A stretch of DNA of 64,000 nucleotides, from the IMG/VR virus record IMGVR_UViG_3300024301_001491, one strand, 5' to 3'. The notes below the pieces were generated by a model. That model saw nothing but the letters and a program-made list of their open reading frames with translations, had not been told where the DNA came from and did no database searches. Positions 35,979 to 45,476 of this stretch are shown piece by piece. Numbering within the stretch: position 1 is the first letter of the stretch; every line of letters begins with the position of its first letter. The translations under genes and the position numbers were made by a program. The DNA is from an uncultured virus (IMG/VR IMGVR_UViG_3300024301_001491) (taxonomy: Duplodnaviria > Heunggongvirae > Uroviricota > Caudoviricetes).

Positions 35979-36234
35979 ACATATACTTTTTCAAAATCTG
36001 ATTTGCTTGTGTAGTATCGATCGCCACGGCATTGTCGCTAAAGAAGTTATGGGCAATATTCAAAATAGTGCTAGCATAGCGTAAGTCTTCTTCATCCACT
36101 TTGCTATACCAATCTAATAAAGTTTCTTCTGAAGACGATAATAGAAACGATAAATTTTCTAAATCGTGTTCACTCATAACTTCATGGTCGAATAGTGCTT
36201 GGAGGATTTGTTCAGCTTTGTTTTGGTCAATCAT
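35971..36234 (-). CDS. Hypothetical protein
   Basis: 87 aa, first gene after an early-type promoter. Confidence 0.65.
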   Translation of the reverse strand: MIDQNKAEQILQALFDHEVMSEHDLENLSFLLSSSEETLLDWYSKVDEEDLRYASTILNIAHNFFSDNAVAIDTTQANQILKKYMYD

Positions 36235-36240
36235 AGGTAT

Positions 36241-36289
36241 ATTATACTATAAGTTCGAATTGTTGTACATATAGTACTAAAGTATTACA
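36241..36289 (-). promoter_or_regulatory. Early-type promoter of the modification operon
   Basis: TGTACA-17-TATAAT with upstream TAATACTTTAGTACTA. Confidence 0.75.
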
Positions 36290-37256
36290 TTGCAGTTTTG
36301 TATGCGTATTCTATGGCTCTGGAAGCTTCTGTGGTCAATGGTCGTTTTTGGTATATATTACTGGTCTCACGATCTAACTGGAGGATCAATTGGGAGATTT
36401 CAGACTCTGTGATTGCATAACCTTGACGAACCGCATTACATGCAATCGACGTCATGATCTTGTAAATCATAGAGTATCTACCAGAACCATCGGTACGTGC
36501 AATTGCCTTATAATCACCGATCAAACGATGATTAATGAATGGGCAATCTGAGTATGAAGTCCAATGGAAACTTCGTGAACTCTCGCGAAGTTTATTCTGG
36601 CGATATGCAACCACTTCTTTCTGCATAGACTCTGGTAGACGATCCATGAAAGAATCTCCAGTACGTTCCGTATACTCGTGCTTTGCTAAAAGACTATCTA
36701 CTTCAATATTAGTGCCAGGATTACTAAAAATGAAATTATTGGCATTAGGATACTTAGCAGGAACATAATACATTCTACTAAGATCTTTTGTTTGTAGATC
36801 TCCAATTGACTCAAGTTCTGTATTGAGTGCAAACCAGAAGTGACGGATTTCATTCGACTGAATATCTCTGGAGAGAGGGAAGACGAGTCTAAACTTAGGA
36901 TGCTCATTCGTACTACTGGCGGTAGAATAACAAACATAACGCCAGTTACCATAACGTTTCTGCAACTCGTCTTTTAGATTTCCCTCAAACACTGCTTGGT
37001 CGACATCTACCGCGGCCCAACCTGCCCACTTAATTACATTAGCGTTGGCGCGGGTGGTTCCTTCTTTGTAAACTGCAGGAGATATCAGCGGAGAAGGAGT
37101 AACCCCTTTCGGGGTATACTCGCCTTTCCGTGCTTTATAACCTGGCTTAGTTGCCAAGTGGTATAAAGCAGTTTCAAACTTATCGAAGCTATCAAAGTCG
37201 ACACTTACGTCAGTCTTGTTATCAAAGATAGATTTGAAAACCGTGAAACCAATCAT
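36285..37256 (-). CDS. AEP-superfamily primase/polymerase-like protein
   Basis: AAVDVD, YSTASS...KFRLVFPL, D.QTKDLSRMYYVP, helical C-terminal domain. Confidence 0.7.
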   Translation of the reverse strand: MIGFTVFKSIFDNKTDVSVDFDSFDKFETALYHLATKPGYKARKGEYTPKGVTPSPLISPAVYKEGTTRANANVIKWAGWAAVDVDQAVFEGNLKDELQKRYGNWRYVCYSTASSTNEHPKFRLVFPLSRDIQSNEIRHFWFALNTELESIGDLQTKDLSRMYYVPAKYPNANNFIFSNPGTNIEVDSLLAKHEYTERTGDSFMDRLPESMQKEVVAYRQNKLRESSRSFHWTSYSDCPFINHRLIGDYKAIARTDGSGRYSMIYKIMTSIACNAVRQGYAITESEISQLILQLDRETSNIYQKRPLTTEASRAIEYAYKTAM

Positions 37257-37675
37257 TTTGTAAATACCTGTTCCAATAAACCAACATTATCTACATGAGT
37301 CGGAGCAGTCCAACCTTCTGGCTTGATCAAGTCTGGAAGTCCTAGAGGATTAGGACGACTTTCTTTAATACCAACAACTTTGGACATATTTGCTTTATAA
37401 ACACGGTTCCATGCTTCATAACCATTCACTCGGAATGCATCAAGTGTACCCAATGCAACCACAGCCAAATCAATCAAAGCATCAACTGTATCATCAGCTG
37501 CACTTTCACCGCCCTCATTATAAGCCTTATTCATCTCATCCAACTCTTCTTGCAAAAAGTCAATACGAAATTTAAGGAACGTTTTTAACTGTTCTGCAGT
37601 TAACTTCTCAATTGCAGTATGTACTCCATAGTGGTCGTGCATATGCGCCATATCTTCAATCAAATTCACACTCAT
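37253..37675 (-). CDS. MazG/PRA-PH-like NTP pyrophosphohydrolase
   Basis: LQEELDE, DALIDL.VV, V.KANMSK, KPEGW.AP. Confidence 0.8.
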   Translation of the reverse strand: MSVNLIEDMAHMHDHYGVHTAIEKLTAEQLKTFLKFRIDFLQEELDEMNKAYNEGGESAADDTVDALIDLAVVALGTLDAFRVNGYEAWNRVYKANMSKVVGIKESRPNPLGLPDLIKPEGWTAPTHVDNVGLLEQVFTK

Positions 37676-37869
37676 TTAATAACTCCTAATACCCAATTTT
37701 CTGCGCAGTCTTCTGCATAATCCAATGTATGTCCTTCAATGATTCGCTCTTCGCGAAGATCAGTTCCTTCATACATCATAACAACATATGAACCATCCAT
37801 GTTATCGAAGACTTCGCTAGTCCTGTTTAACGTACCTGGTTCTGAGAAATATCCACTCACTGGTCCCAT
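37672..37869 (-). CDS. Hypothetical protein
   Basis: 65 aa ending YAEDCAENWVLG; AAGGAG RBS. Confidence 0.7.
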   Translation of the reverse strand: MGPVSGYFSEPGTLNRTSEVFDNMDGSYVVMMYEGTDLREERIIEGHTLDYAEDCAENWVLGVIK

Positions 37870-37900
37870 ATCAATCTCCTTTAGATATATTATACCACAT

Positions 37901-39291
37901 TTAATATTTAAATCCCTCGCCTACTGACTTCATTCTTTGTCCAAAATCTGACTTGTCGAAGATTGGTGTATCGTTTACTTGTCCAGAATCTGAGATATTC
38001 TTTTGTGCAGAATCTTCGACATCGAATAATTTCATCCGAGAACGATCCACGCCGATAACAAAGCGCTTGTAATAAGAAGGATCATTGTAACGATTTTTAA
38101 GCTGCTTAACCATAAGTTGACCCAGGTTTTCGAGCTCCTCCGTTGAAATAAGAGCAAACATAAAATCGACAGTAGCAGGCAATCCGAAAGATTCAGAAGT
38201 ATCAGTAAGTCCCACATCCGTGTTGTCATAGCCGCCTCGAGTAGTTTGTGTTGCTGATAAAATAGGAACATTATACTTAACAGCCATACCACGGATTTCT
38301 TCAGCAATCGATTTAATATATGTGTAAGAGTTAACGTTAGCACCTTGCTTGATTCGAGAAGAAGTACAGATGTTCAAGTAATCAATGATAATCATATCGG
38401 GGAGAAAGTTACGTTTCATCTTCAACTCTTCGATCAAAGCTTGGAAGTGACCAGTGTGTGCAGATGCAGTTGGATATTCCTTGATGATTAGTTTACCGCG
38501 GGTCTTCTTGGCGACACGTTCGAATCGAGTCTCGTAGATGTCCTTATCAACCGTTGCCATTTCTTCCATGGTCATATTCATAAGGTTTGCATCAATACGT
38601 TCTGCGATACGTTCTTCTGCCATTTCCATTGTAATATACAATACATTCAATCCTTGCATTAGAGTTGATGCAGCCATATGACACATAGCCAATGACTTAC
38701 CAACGCCAGTGCCAGCAAGAATTACATTAAGTGTTTTGCGAGATAAACCACCCTTAGTAATCTTATTCAATAGATCAATATCAAATGCAACCTTCTCTTC
38801 TACACGAGTATAAAAATCATATCGAGATTCAAAGTCTTAATGTAATCGTGGCCGATAGCAGAGTCGAATGATACCGCCAATGCATCGGACAAGATAGAAG
38901 GAATTGCATCCTTACTAGTCTTAGTATCTTTGCCATCGATGATACTAATTGAATCTAGAATCGCGTTGTATACTGCACGATCTTTACAGAACTTTTCACT
39001 GGTCTCAACTAACCATTCCATGTTATCAGTACGAAAGTTTAGATTGTCGATGTATGTATCGATACTATCGACTTGATCTCCGTTTAGTTTTTCAATATCA
39101 CGAATCTGGATCTTTAAGATATCCATGCTTGCAGGCTTATTGTACTTTGCAAAAAAGTCCTGCAATGTGTTGAATACAACATTCTCAAAATGATCCGTGA
39201 AGTACTCAGACTTCAGGAAAGGAGAAACTTTTCTGCAAAATTCCTCATTGTGAATGAGGTTTGATAAGATGGTCTGTTGAACGCTCGTTGT
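37901..39291 (-). CDS. gp41: Replicative helicase (T4 gp41), split by a 1-nt deletion near 38838/38839
   Basis: N-terminal part 38800..39291; C-terminal part with AGTGVGKS, MEMAEE, IDYLNI, SATQ; one added base restores IGHDYIxDFESRYDFYTRVEEK. Confidence 0.9.
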
Positions 39292-39589
39292 CATCAATAA
39301 ATCCTAAGTGGTCTTTTTCTAATCCGTAGAATAACAATTGTACCAAAAAATCCCCTAATTCAGCTTCGAATTCGATCTTATCGTATCCATGGCGATATTC
39401 TGGAACTTCGATAACTTCGTATTCGAATCTAAGCTTTAGCTTGTCGTTTTCTTTATCCTCGTCGAAGGAGACATTCTTATACAGAAAGATAATATCTGCA
39501 AAGTCTCCTTCTTCGAGAGATAGCGCATGGGTATCTACGCCATCTATCATTCGACCTAAAACTTTATGCGGCTTCAGTTGCGTCATCAT
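39245..39589 (-). CDS. Hypothetical protein at the T4 gp40 position (possible head vertex assembly chaperone)
   Basis: 114 aa between uvsX and gp41. Confidence 0.5.
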   Translation of the reverse strand: MMTQLKPHKVLGRMIDGVDTHALSLEEGDFADIIFLYKNVSFDEDKENDKLKLRFEYEVIEVPEYRHGYDKIEFEAELGDFLVQLLFYGLEKDHLGFIDDNERSTDHLIKPHSQ

Positions 39590-40643
39590 AGTTTTCTAAA
39601 TCCTTTGTAATGTCTTCATCCTTGATGATATCGCCAAATGAAACTTGATACTTCTTGTTCACGAAATCATTAAATGACTTTGAAGTAACGATAGGCATCC
39701 AGAAATCACGATTATCGATTTCCTTGAGACGGTACTTCTTTTCTTCAATTTCACCACTTTCAATATCTACTTTTGAATACCAACCATTGCTAGGTTTGAC
39801 AACGTGTCCTGATTCGATAGCAATATCAAGCAACCCAGACCAAGTGCTAATGCCACCATTGTAAGATACTGACACAGGGATTTTAGATTTTTCTTTAACA
39901 TATCGAGATTTTTCTACGTTAATAATGAAGTTATAACCAACGATTTCAGTACCTTCTTTTTCTTGCTGACGTCCCAAGATGAAGATGTTATCTGCTGAGT
40001 AGTACGAACCTGTACCACCACCCACAACGTCTTTAGAGTATAGTTCCATGGTTTTGTATGTATGGTTAACAACAACCATTGGGATATCTTTCATCGTCAA
40101 GTGGGGAGTAACCATACGGAACAATGACTTCATTTGCTTTGCGCGACTCATATCTGCAACAGACTTACCATCCATAGCATCTTCAACTTCTTTCTTAGAA
40201 GCCAAGTTACCAATAGAATCCACAACAATAATAACATGATCACCGCGTGTAATATTGGTAAGCTGCTGCATGATATCAAACTTTAGTTGTTCAACGTCCA
40301 TGATAGGAGTATGCAATACACGATCAGTATCGATACCGAATGCATCAAAGTATGATTGAGGAGTGCCAAACTCTGAATCATAGAATAACAATGCAGCATC
40401 AGGATACTTGTCAAGATATGACTTAGCCATCAGCAGGGAGAATGCAGTCTTAAAGTGTTTAGAAGGACCTGCCCACATTGTAAGACCAGGAGTTAGTCCA
40501 CCATCAAGACGTCCACTCAATGCGACGTTGATGATTGGAATAGAAGTTGGAATCATATCTTTCTTTTGAAAGAACTTTGATTGAGCCAACACAGCAGATT
40601 CTTTAATCGTACTGTTCTTTTTAATTTTGTCAAGGATACTCAT
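39564..40643 (-). CDS. uvsX: RecA-like recombinase
   Basis: AGPSKHFKT Walker A, YDSEFG, DSIGNL, GGGTG; start MSILDK. Confidence 0.95.
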   Translation of the reverse strand: MSILDKIKKNSTIKESAVLAQSKFFQKKDMIPTSIPIINVALSGRLDGGLTPGLTMWAGPSKHFKTAFSLLMAKSYLDKYPDAALLFYDSEFGTPQSYFDAFGIDTDRVLHTPIMDVEQLKFDIMQQLTNITRGDHVIIVVDSIGNLASKKEVEDAMDGKSVADMSRAKQMKSLFRMVTPHLTMKDIPMVVVNHTYKTMELYSKDVVGGGTGSYYSADNIFILGRQQEKEGTEIVGYNFIINVEKSRYVKEKSKIPVSVSYNGGISTWSGLLDIAIESGHVVKPSNGWYSKVDIESGEIEEKKYRLKEIDNRDFWMPIVTSKSFNDFVNKKYQVSFGDIIKDEDITKDLENYDDATEAA

Positions 40644-40651
40644 AGAAACTC

Positions 40652-41242
40652 CTATTGATAATGAGCATAGGTCGAAAGGATGTATTTTGATCCGCTTATA
40701 GGCATACAACCACGATGAGGGAACATCCACATTGGGGGGAATACTACTATTCTACCACGTTTAGGTTTTACTGTAAAGTCCGGGACCTTCGAGTAATCAC
40801 CAGAAAATTGAAATTCGGTCTCGCCTCCTTCCTCTACATCATTTAAGTAAAAGAACATAACTAAGAATCTGCGAGCTGATGCGTAATTGCCAACATCCGC
40901 ATGCCAACCAAATTGATCAATTCCATTCGCATCATATCGTTTTATTCGCAGATCTTCGAAACCCATCTTTTCCGGAAAGAATCTACCGCATTCACGATTG
41001 TATCGTGCAAATATATTCTTAGCAACATTATATACCGGATTTATGAAATGATTAAATTCAACTACTCGTGCAATATCAAATTCATAAAACTGACGATAGT
41101 CTAGATCCCATGAATTTTTTGATTGTCGATAGAATGGAGATTTTTGTGGGTTGAATGTTTCAAATGTGTCAATCAGATTCTGGCAAATATTTTCATCCAG
41201 AACATCATCATAAACTTTTATATAATCTAATAATTGGTTCAT
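40652..41242 (-). CDS. 2OG-Fe(II) oxygenase
   Basis: WHAD, YLNDVEEGGETEF, PHRG, KYILST. Confidence 0.88.
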   Translation of the reverse strand: MNQLLDYIKVYDDVLDENICQNLIDTFETFNPQKSPFYRQSKNSWDLDYRQFYEFDIARVVEFNHFINPVYNVAKNIFARYNRECGRFFPEKMGFEDLRIKRYDANGIDQFGWHADVGNYASARRFLVMFFYLNDVEEGGETEFQFSGDYSKVPDFTVKPKRGRIVVFPPMWMFPHRGCMPISGSKYILSTYAHYQ

Positions 41243-43767
41243 CCAAAAAAGTCCTCTAGTGATGATTCCTCTTCAGCCTTCCATCCGATTGAGTCTAAGA
41301 TGATTTTAGCGGGCCCGAGGAATGCTTTGTCAAATTGTTTTGCGTTATCGATATAGCGATGCATATCAAATTCTTTTGGAAGAATATTTTGGAAGCCGAT
41401 AACATCTTCACGAAGTGGATTGCGTGGATTCAGATACACATACTTGATCTTTTCACCCGCACGAATAGGAGCAATGTTTTTCAATCCATGACGATCCAAC
41501 AAGTAGTTATGTAAGATAGCAGCACGTGAATTTATAGGAGTACCTTTGATGTAAGACTTAGTCTTCTTATCTACATACTTCTGAACCGCACTAACGCCAC
41601 GAGGGAAAGACTTCTCTTCAACAGGCAATGAGTTAAACTTCTTACGGAAGTCTGCGATAAACTCTTGAGTCTGTTGCTCAGTACCTGAAATCAAGATATT
41701 AAATAGATCCTTAAAAGCTTCACGACATGGGGCTGGGGTAGAAGACTTAATAGCTTCAATACCCATGATCTTTAGCTTAGGCTTTGTGTAACGAACACCT
41801 TCATTGTCCCATACGTTCAGAATGTATCGCTTCTTGGCAGACCAAATACCACGATCGGCAATACTTTCACGCTTCATGGAGATACGTTGCTTAAACGCAC
41901 CGGTGTTTTCCATCAGCTCCTTGAATGCAACATCGAGTACATCGGTTTCAATCTTGGCACATACCTTATCAAGGAAGTCGACAACTTTATCTTTTGACTT
42001 ACCAGGCATAACTTGATCAACCAGTGCACCTAGACAAACATAGACAGAATCAGTATCGATTGCAATCACATAGTCGTTGTTAGTTTTCATGACGGTGTTG
42101 AGATACGCATTCACGTTCTTCTCTGCCCACTTGATGATGTATTGACCAGTTAGTGTAATACCTTCTGCAATTTCCATCGTAAAGTAACGGAAGTAACGAT
42201 TACCTAACGCACCATAAAGAGAGTTAAGAAGAATCTTAACGGTCATTTGTTGGTTTTCAAATGTCGCGATATCACGTTCGATACGGTATACTTCAGTCTT
42301 GTTAGTCTTGTCGACCTTTTCAAGTTCTTTTTTTGAATCAAGCATCTTCTTCTTGATTTGTACTCGCTCATCGTACATAGCCTCAATAATCTTCGGCATG
42401 AAACCCTGACGAGAATTATCGAAATACTGACCCGAAGCAGCCATAGATTTGTCAGCGTGCGGATTCTTAAATTCATTTAAACACCTATCAACATTCATGT
42501 TTGGTTCAATATCACCTTTGAGAATAGTCTCTGGTGACATGTTCCATTGGACAATAATATTAGGATACAGAGAGTTGACGTCAAACGAAGCAACCCAGTC
42601 GTGTACACCACATTGAGGTTCTTTTACATAACCACCCTCGTAATCGGTCTTGAAACTATCCTTGTTAGGAGGAACGATAATGTTCTGTTCAAGAAGATAA
42701 CGATAGATCAGCGTATCCCATATACCAGTAGTTCCGAATGTGTCATTATAGTTTACGCCAGCTTTATAAGCCATAGTAAAACATAAAGTCATCAAACCGA
42801 TCTTATCTTCTATTCGCTCAACCAAGTTAACGTCACGAATGTTGTAATCGATAAACTTTTGATGATTCTCTTTGTAGAGAGTGTGTAGATCTCCATACTC
42901 TTCATATGATAGTTTCTCTTCACCGAGTACGGTGTTTGCAATGTGATTTAACGAGTACGATTCTTGAGGACCGAATGAATAGCCAAACTTCATGAACAGA
43001 TCCATGTAATCAACCTGAGCAATACCAGTGATCTCATAGATTTGAACTTGACCCTTCCGCATAGTTACCATCTTCTCTTGGACAGAACCCCATGGAGATA
43101 GTGACTTAATTGCATCCTCGCCAAACAATCGATTAATACGGTTAACCAGATATGGAATATCGAATGCACGAATGTTCCAACCAGTTACAACATCCGGAGA
43201 AGTAAACTCATCAGACCAAAACTTAATAAAGCATTTAAGCAAGTGCTGTTCATCCACGCACTTAGTATAGCGGATATTACAATCTTTAATCTTATCGTCG
43301 CGAGCATCAACGTCGTAATCACCCATGGCCCACACAAAATACACATTAGTAATACTATCGTAGATTGTAATTGCAGTTACTGGATGATTAGCTTGATCTG
43401 GTTCTGGAAAACCATCGTCGGATGCTACCTCGATATCGATATCATGGATTCGGATTTTAGATCGATCGAATTGGATTTGTCCTGGGTATTCTTCGGCCAC
43501 AAACTGAGCAATGTAGTTTGTATTACCATATACTTCAAAGTTGCTTACGTCAGAGTAACGTTCCATGAAGTCTTTTGCATCACGCATAGTGTCAAGTTTT
43601 TTAGGTTCGACAAATACGTTATCTAAAGTTTTGAACTGAGTTTGCCCTTTTGCCCTGGTGTACAGCGTCGGACTAAACTTAACTTTACGATTGACACGTT
43701 TACCATCTACATAACCACGTAGAAGGATATTATTGCCATAACGATTCACATTAGTATAAAATTTCAT
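41239..43767 (-). CDS. gp43: Family B DNA polymerase (T4 gp43)
   Basis: DIEV (ExoI), GWNIRAFD, SFDVNSLYP, KILLNSLYG, IDTDS, KKRY. Confidence 0.98.
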   Translation of the reverse strand: MKFYTNVNRYGNNILLRGYVDGKRVNRKVKFSPTLYTRAKGQTQFKTLDNVFVEPKKLDTMRDAKDFMERYSDVSNFEVYGNTNYIAQFVAEEYPGQIQFDRSKIRIHDIDIEVASDDGFPEPDQANHPVTAITIYDSITNVYFVWAMGDYDVDARDDKIKDCNIRYTKCVDEQHLLKCFIKFWSDEFTSPDVVTGWNIRAFDIPYLVNRINRLFGEDAIKSLSPWGSVQEKMVTMRKGQVQIYEITGIAQVDYMDLFMKFGYSFGPQESYSLNHIANTVLGEEKLSYEEYGDLHTLYKENHQKFIDYNIRDVNLVERIEDKIGLMTLCFTMAYKAGVNYNDTFGTTGIWDTLIYRYLLEQNIIVPPNKDSFKTDYEGGYVKEPQCGVHDWVASFDVNSLYPNIIVQWNMSPETILKGDIEPNMNVDRCLNEFKNPHADKSMAASGQYFDNSRQGFMPKIIEAMYDERVQIKKKMLDSKKELEKVDKTNKTEVYRIERDIATFENQQMTVKILLNSLYGALGNRYFRYFTMEIAEGITLTGQYIIKWAEKNVNAYLNTVMKTNNDYVIAIDTDSVYVCLGALVDQVMPGKSKDKVVDFLDKVCAKIETDVLDVAFKELMENTGAFKQRISMKRESIADRGIWSAKKRYILNVWDNEGVRYTKPKLKIMGIEAIKSSTPAPCREAFKDLFNILISGTEQQTQEFIADFRKKFNSLPVEEKSFPRGVSAVQKYVDKKTKSYIKGTPINSRAAILHNYLLDRHGLKNIAPIRAGEKIKYVYLNPRNPLREDVIGFQNILPKEFDMHRYIDNAKQFDKAFLGPAKIILDSIGWKAEEESSLEDFFG

Positions 43768-43782
43768 ATCTCACAAACTAAA

Positions 43783-43823
43783 ACGGACAGGATACATATA
43801 TTATATCCTGTCCGTGAATTAAA
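43783..43823 (-). promoter_or_regulatory. 12-bp stem-loop enclosing a TATAAT box; terminator/promoter upstream of gp43
   Basis: ACGGACAGGATA / TATCCTGTCCGT arms; TTTAAT-12-TATAAT. Confidence 0.6.
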
Positions 43824-43829
43824 GTAAAA

Positions 43830-44120
43830 TTACTTTGGAAGTTGATTTGCCGTTGCTACAACTAATCCAGATCCGAAGATTCTACGATATTCATCTGCCA
43901 TACGGTCATCAATCATAACTTCAGCAATAATTGCCGACGTTTTAAATTTGACAAACTTTGCATATGGAGTAAAGGCAGCAAAACTAGCACTTACTCTACC
44001 ATCCTCGGTCTGTTGCAATATGATTGCTGCAGGTGTTTCGACAGAAACAATGTCACTAGATTCTTCTACTTCACCGATGATTGTTTCACCGGTGATCAAT
44101 TTCAAACATTTAATAGTCAT
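43830..44120 (-). CDS. Sm-like small protein
   Basis: LKLITGETIIG...Y.RIFGSGL. Confidence 0.7.
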   Translation of the reverse strand: MTIKCLKLITGETIIGEVEESSDIVSVETPAAIILQQTEDGRVSASFAAFTPYAKFVKFKTSAIIAEVMIDDRMADEYRRIFGSGLVVATANQLPK

Positions 44121-44134
44121 AACAACTCCATGGT

Positions 44135-44602
44135 TTATTCAGTCAACAACTGTGGTTGATCTGAGGTTTTAATTTCAATCTTCCTTGGTTTTTTGTGATC
44201 AGGCACAATATACTCAAGTGAAATACTAAGCATACCATTAAGCATCTCAGCATCTTTTACTTCAATATGTTCGGCTAGAACAAATGAACGAGTGAAAGCT
44301 CGATTAGAAATTCCTTTGAAAAGGAAAGTCTCTTCTTGTTTATCGCCCACATTTCCCGTTACAGTCAAGGTTCCATCAGCAGTTTCAATACTGATATCTT
44401 CTTGTCGGAATCCGGCCACAGCAATCTCAACTACGTAAGTAGTTTCAGACGTTTTCTTGATATTGTATGGTGGATAGTTTTGGGAAGTTTTTGATAGATC
44501 ATTATGAAGTTTTGACATCCTACCAAATTGGTCATCGAAACCAACCCATAGTTTATCAAAATCTTTAAATGGATCTGAATTGATTCCAGTGAATCGTGTC
44601 AT
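44135..44602 (-). CDS. Small heat-shock protein (Hsp20/IbpA-like)
   Basis: NYPPYNI, EIAVAGF, GIS.RAF.RSF.L, A...NGML. Confidence 0.95.
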   Translation of the reverse strand: MTRFTGINSDPFKDFDKLWVGFDDQFGRMSKLHNDLSKTSQNYPPYNIKKTSETTYVVEIAVAGFRQEDISIETADGTLTVTGNVGDKQEETFLFKGISNRAFTRSFVLAEHIEVKDAEMLNGMLSISLEYIVPDHKKPRKIEIKTSDQPQLLTE

Positions 44603-44607
44603 AGTTT

Positions 44608-44626
44608 TCTCCTTATTAAGCGAGTT
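44608..44626 (-). promoter_or_regulatory. ROSE-like RNA thermometer hairpin occluding the hsp20 SD
   Basis: CTCGCTT-AAT-AAGGAG pairs the U(U/C)GCU anti-SD motif with AGGAG. Confidence 0.6.
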
Positions 44627-44634
44627 AAATGAAA

Positions 44635-44778
44635 TTACTACCCCGAAGGCATAGTAGTCCTGCTTACTTTATACAGGGACAGACTTTCGTGCTGTCAGTG
44701 TAATTACACGTTGTTTATACGAACAAGATCGGACGCCTTTTATCGTAGCATCAAACGATCCCAAGGTAGTGGGATATA
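44635..44778 (-). ncRNA. Candidate multi-hairpin RNA upstream of hsp20, behind a late promoter
   Basis: TATAAATA at 44782-44789 followed by about seven hairpins, including a cUUCGg stem. Confidence 0.55.
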
Positions 44779-44793
44779 ATCTATTTATATAAA

Positions 44794-44994
44794 TTATGCG
44801 GCTTCTTTGCCCTCGGCATCAGCTTTTTCTGCAGCAGCTTTAGCCGCTTCCATCTCTTGCTGTACGCGTGGAAGCTGAGGTTCTGCTTGACCACGAATGT
44901 TACCAATCAGGGCAGCAACCTGGTCAAAAGACTGCTTACCAAGTGCGGCAAGTACCAAGTTAGTTTCGGTTAGAGAAAGTTTGAATTCAAACAT
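44794..44994 (-). CDS. Small phage protein
   Basis: E.N.VL.ALG...F.QVA.LI..IR.QA pattern; AAGGAG RBS. Confidence 0.75.
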   Translation of the reverse strand: MFEFKLSLTETNLVLAALGKQSFDQVAALIGNIRGQAEPQLPRVQQEMEAAKAAAEKADAEGKEAA

Positions 44995-44997
44995 GAT

Positions 44998-45423
44998 TTA
45001 GTTCACTCCTTTTGTAGGCTTTTTGCCAATATTATATTTCGCCACTAGATTCCACTCTTTCTTATCATTGAATGAAACAATTTTTATCTGTGACAACGTT
45101 GCTTGCTCTTCTTGTAGGTCAGAAGAAACAATTTTCAGAAGATCCCAATCTTCCAAAAGCTTTGCGATAGTATTACGTCTACCAATATCGTTTAGTGTGA
45201 TATTAGCTTCCTTACCATCTAGAGCAAATAGCTCTTTAAAATGCACAATGAAATACTTACCCTGCTTATGAAGAATATGACATGACTGATAAAGCGTCTT
45301 GTCTTTCTTTGAAGCCACACCGATACGGGTGAGGGTTTCTTTCACCTTTAAAAAATTGTCCGGCTCAGGTAATGTTACCTCGAGCATAAGCTGGGGTGCC
45401 CAGTCATAATAGATCAACTCCAT
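44998..45423 (-). CDS. regA: Translational repressor RegA
   Basis: FLKVKETLTRIGVAS, LYQSCHILHKQG.YFIVHFKE. Confidence 0.96.
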   Translation of the reverse strand: MELIYYDWAPQLMLEVTLPEPDNFLKVKETLTRIGVASKKDKTLYQSCHILHKQGKYFIVHFKELFALDGKEANITLNDIGRRNTIAKLLEDWDLLKIVSSDLQEEQATLSQIKIVSFNDKKEWNLVAKYNIGKKPTKGVN

Positions 45424-45476
45424 GATACGTTCACTTTCTTGTTATAATTATCAGCAATAATAAAAGCCGAATGATA

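Noticed and set aside
14275..43767. Introns or inteins in nrdA, nrdB, thyX, uvsX or gp43
   Set aside because: All are continuous and of normal length.
44680..44702. Hammerhead ribozyme core (CTGACAG...CGAAA)
   Set aside because: It does not match CUGANGA and the required three-stem arrangement is absent.
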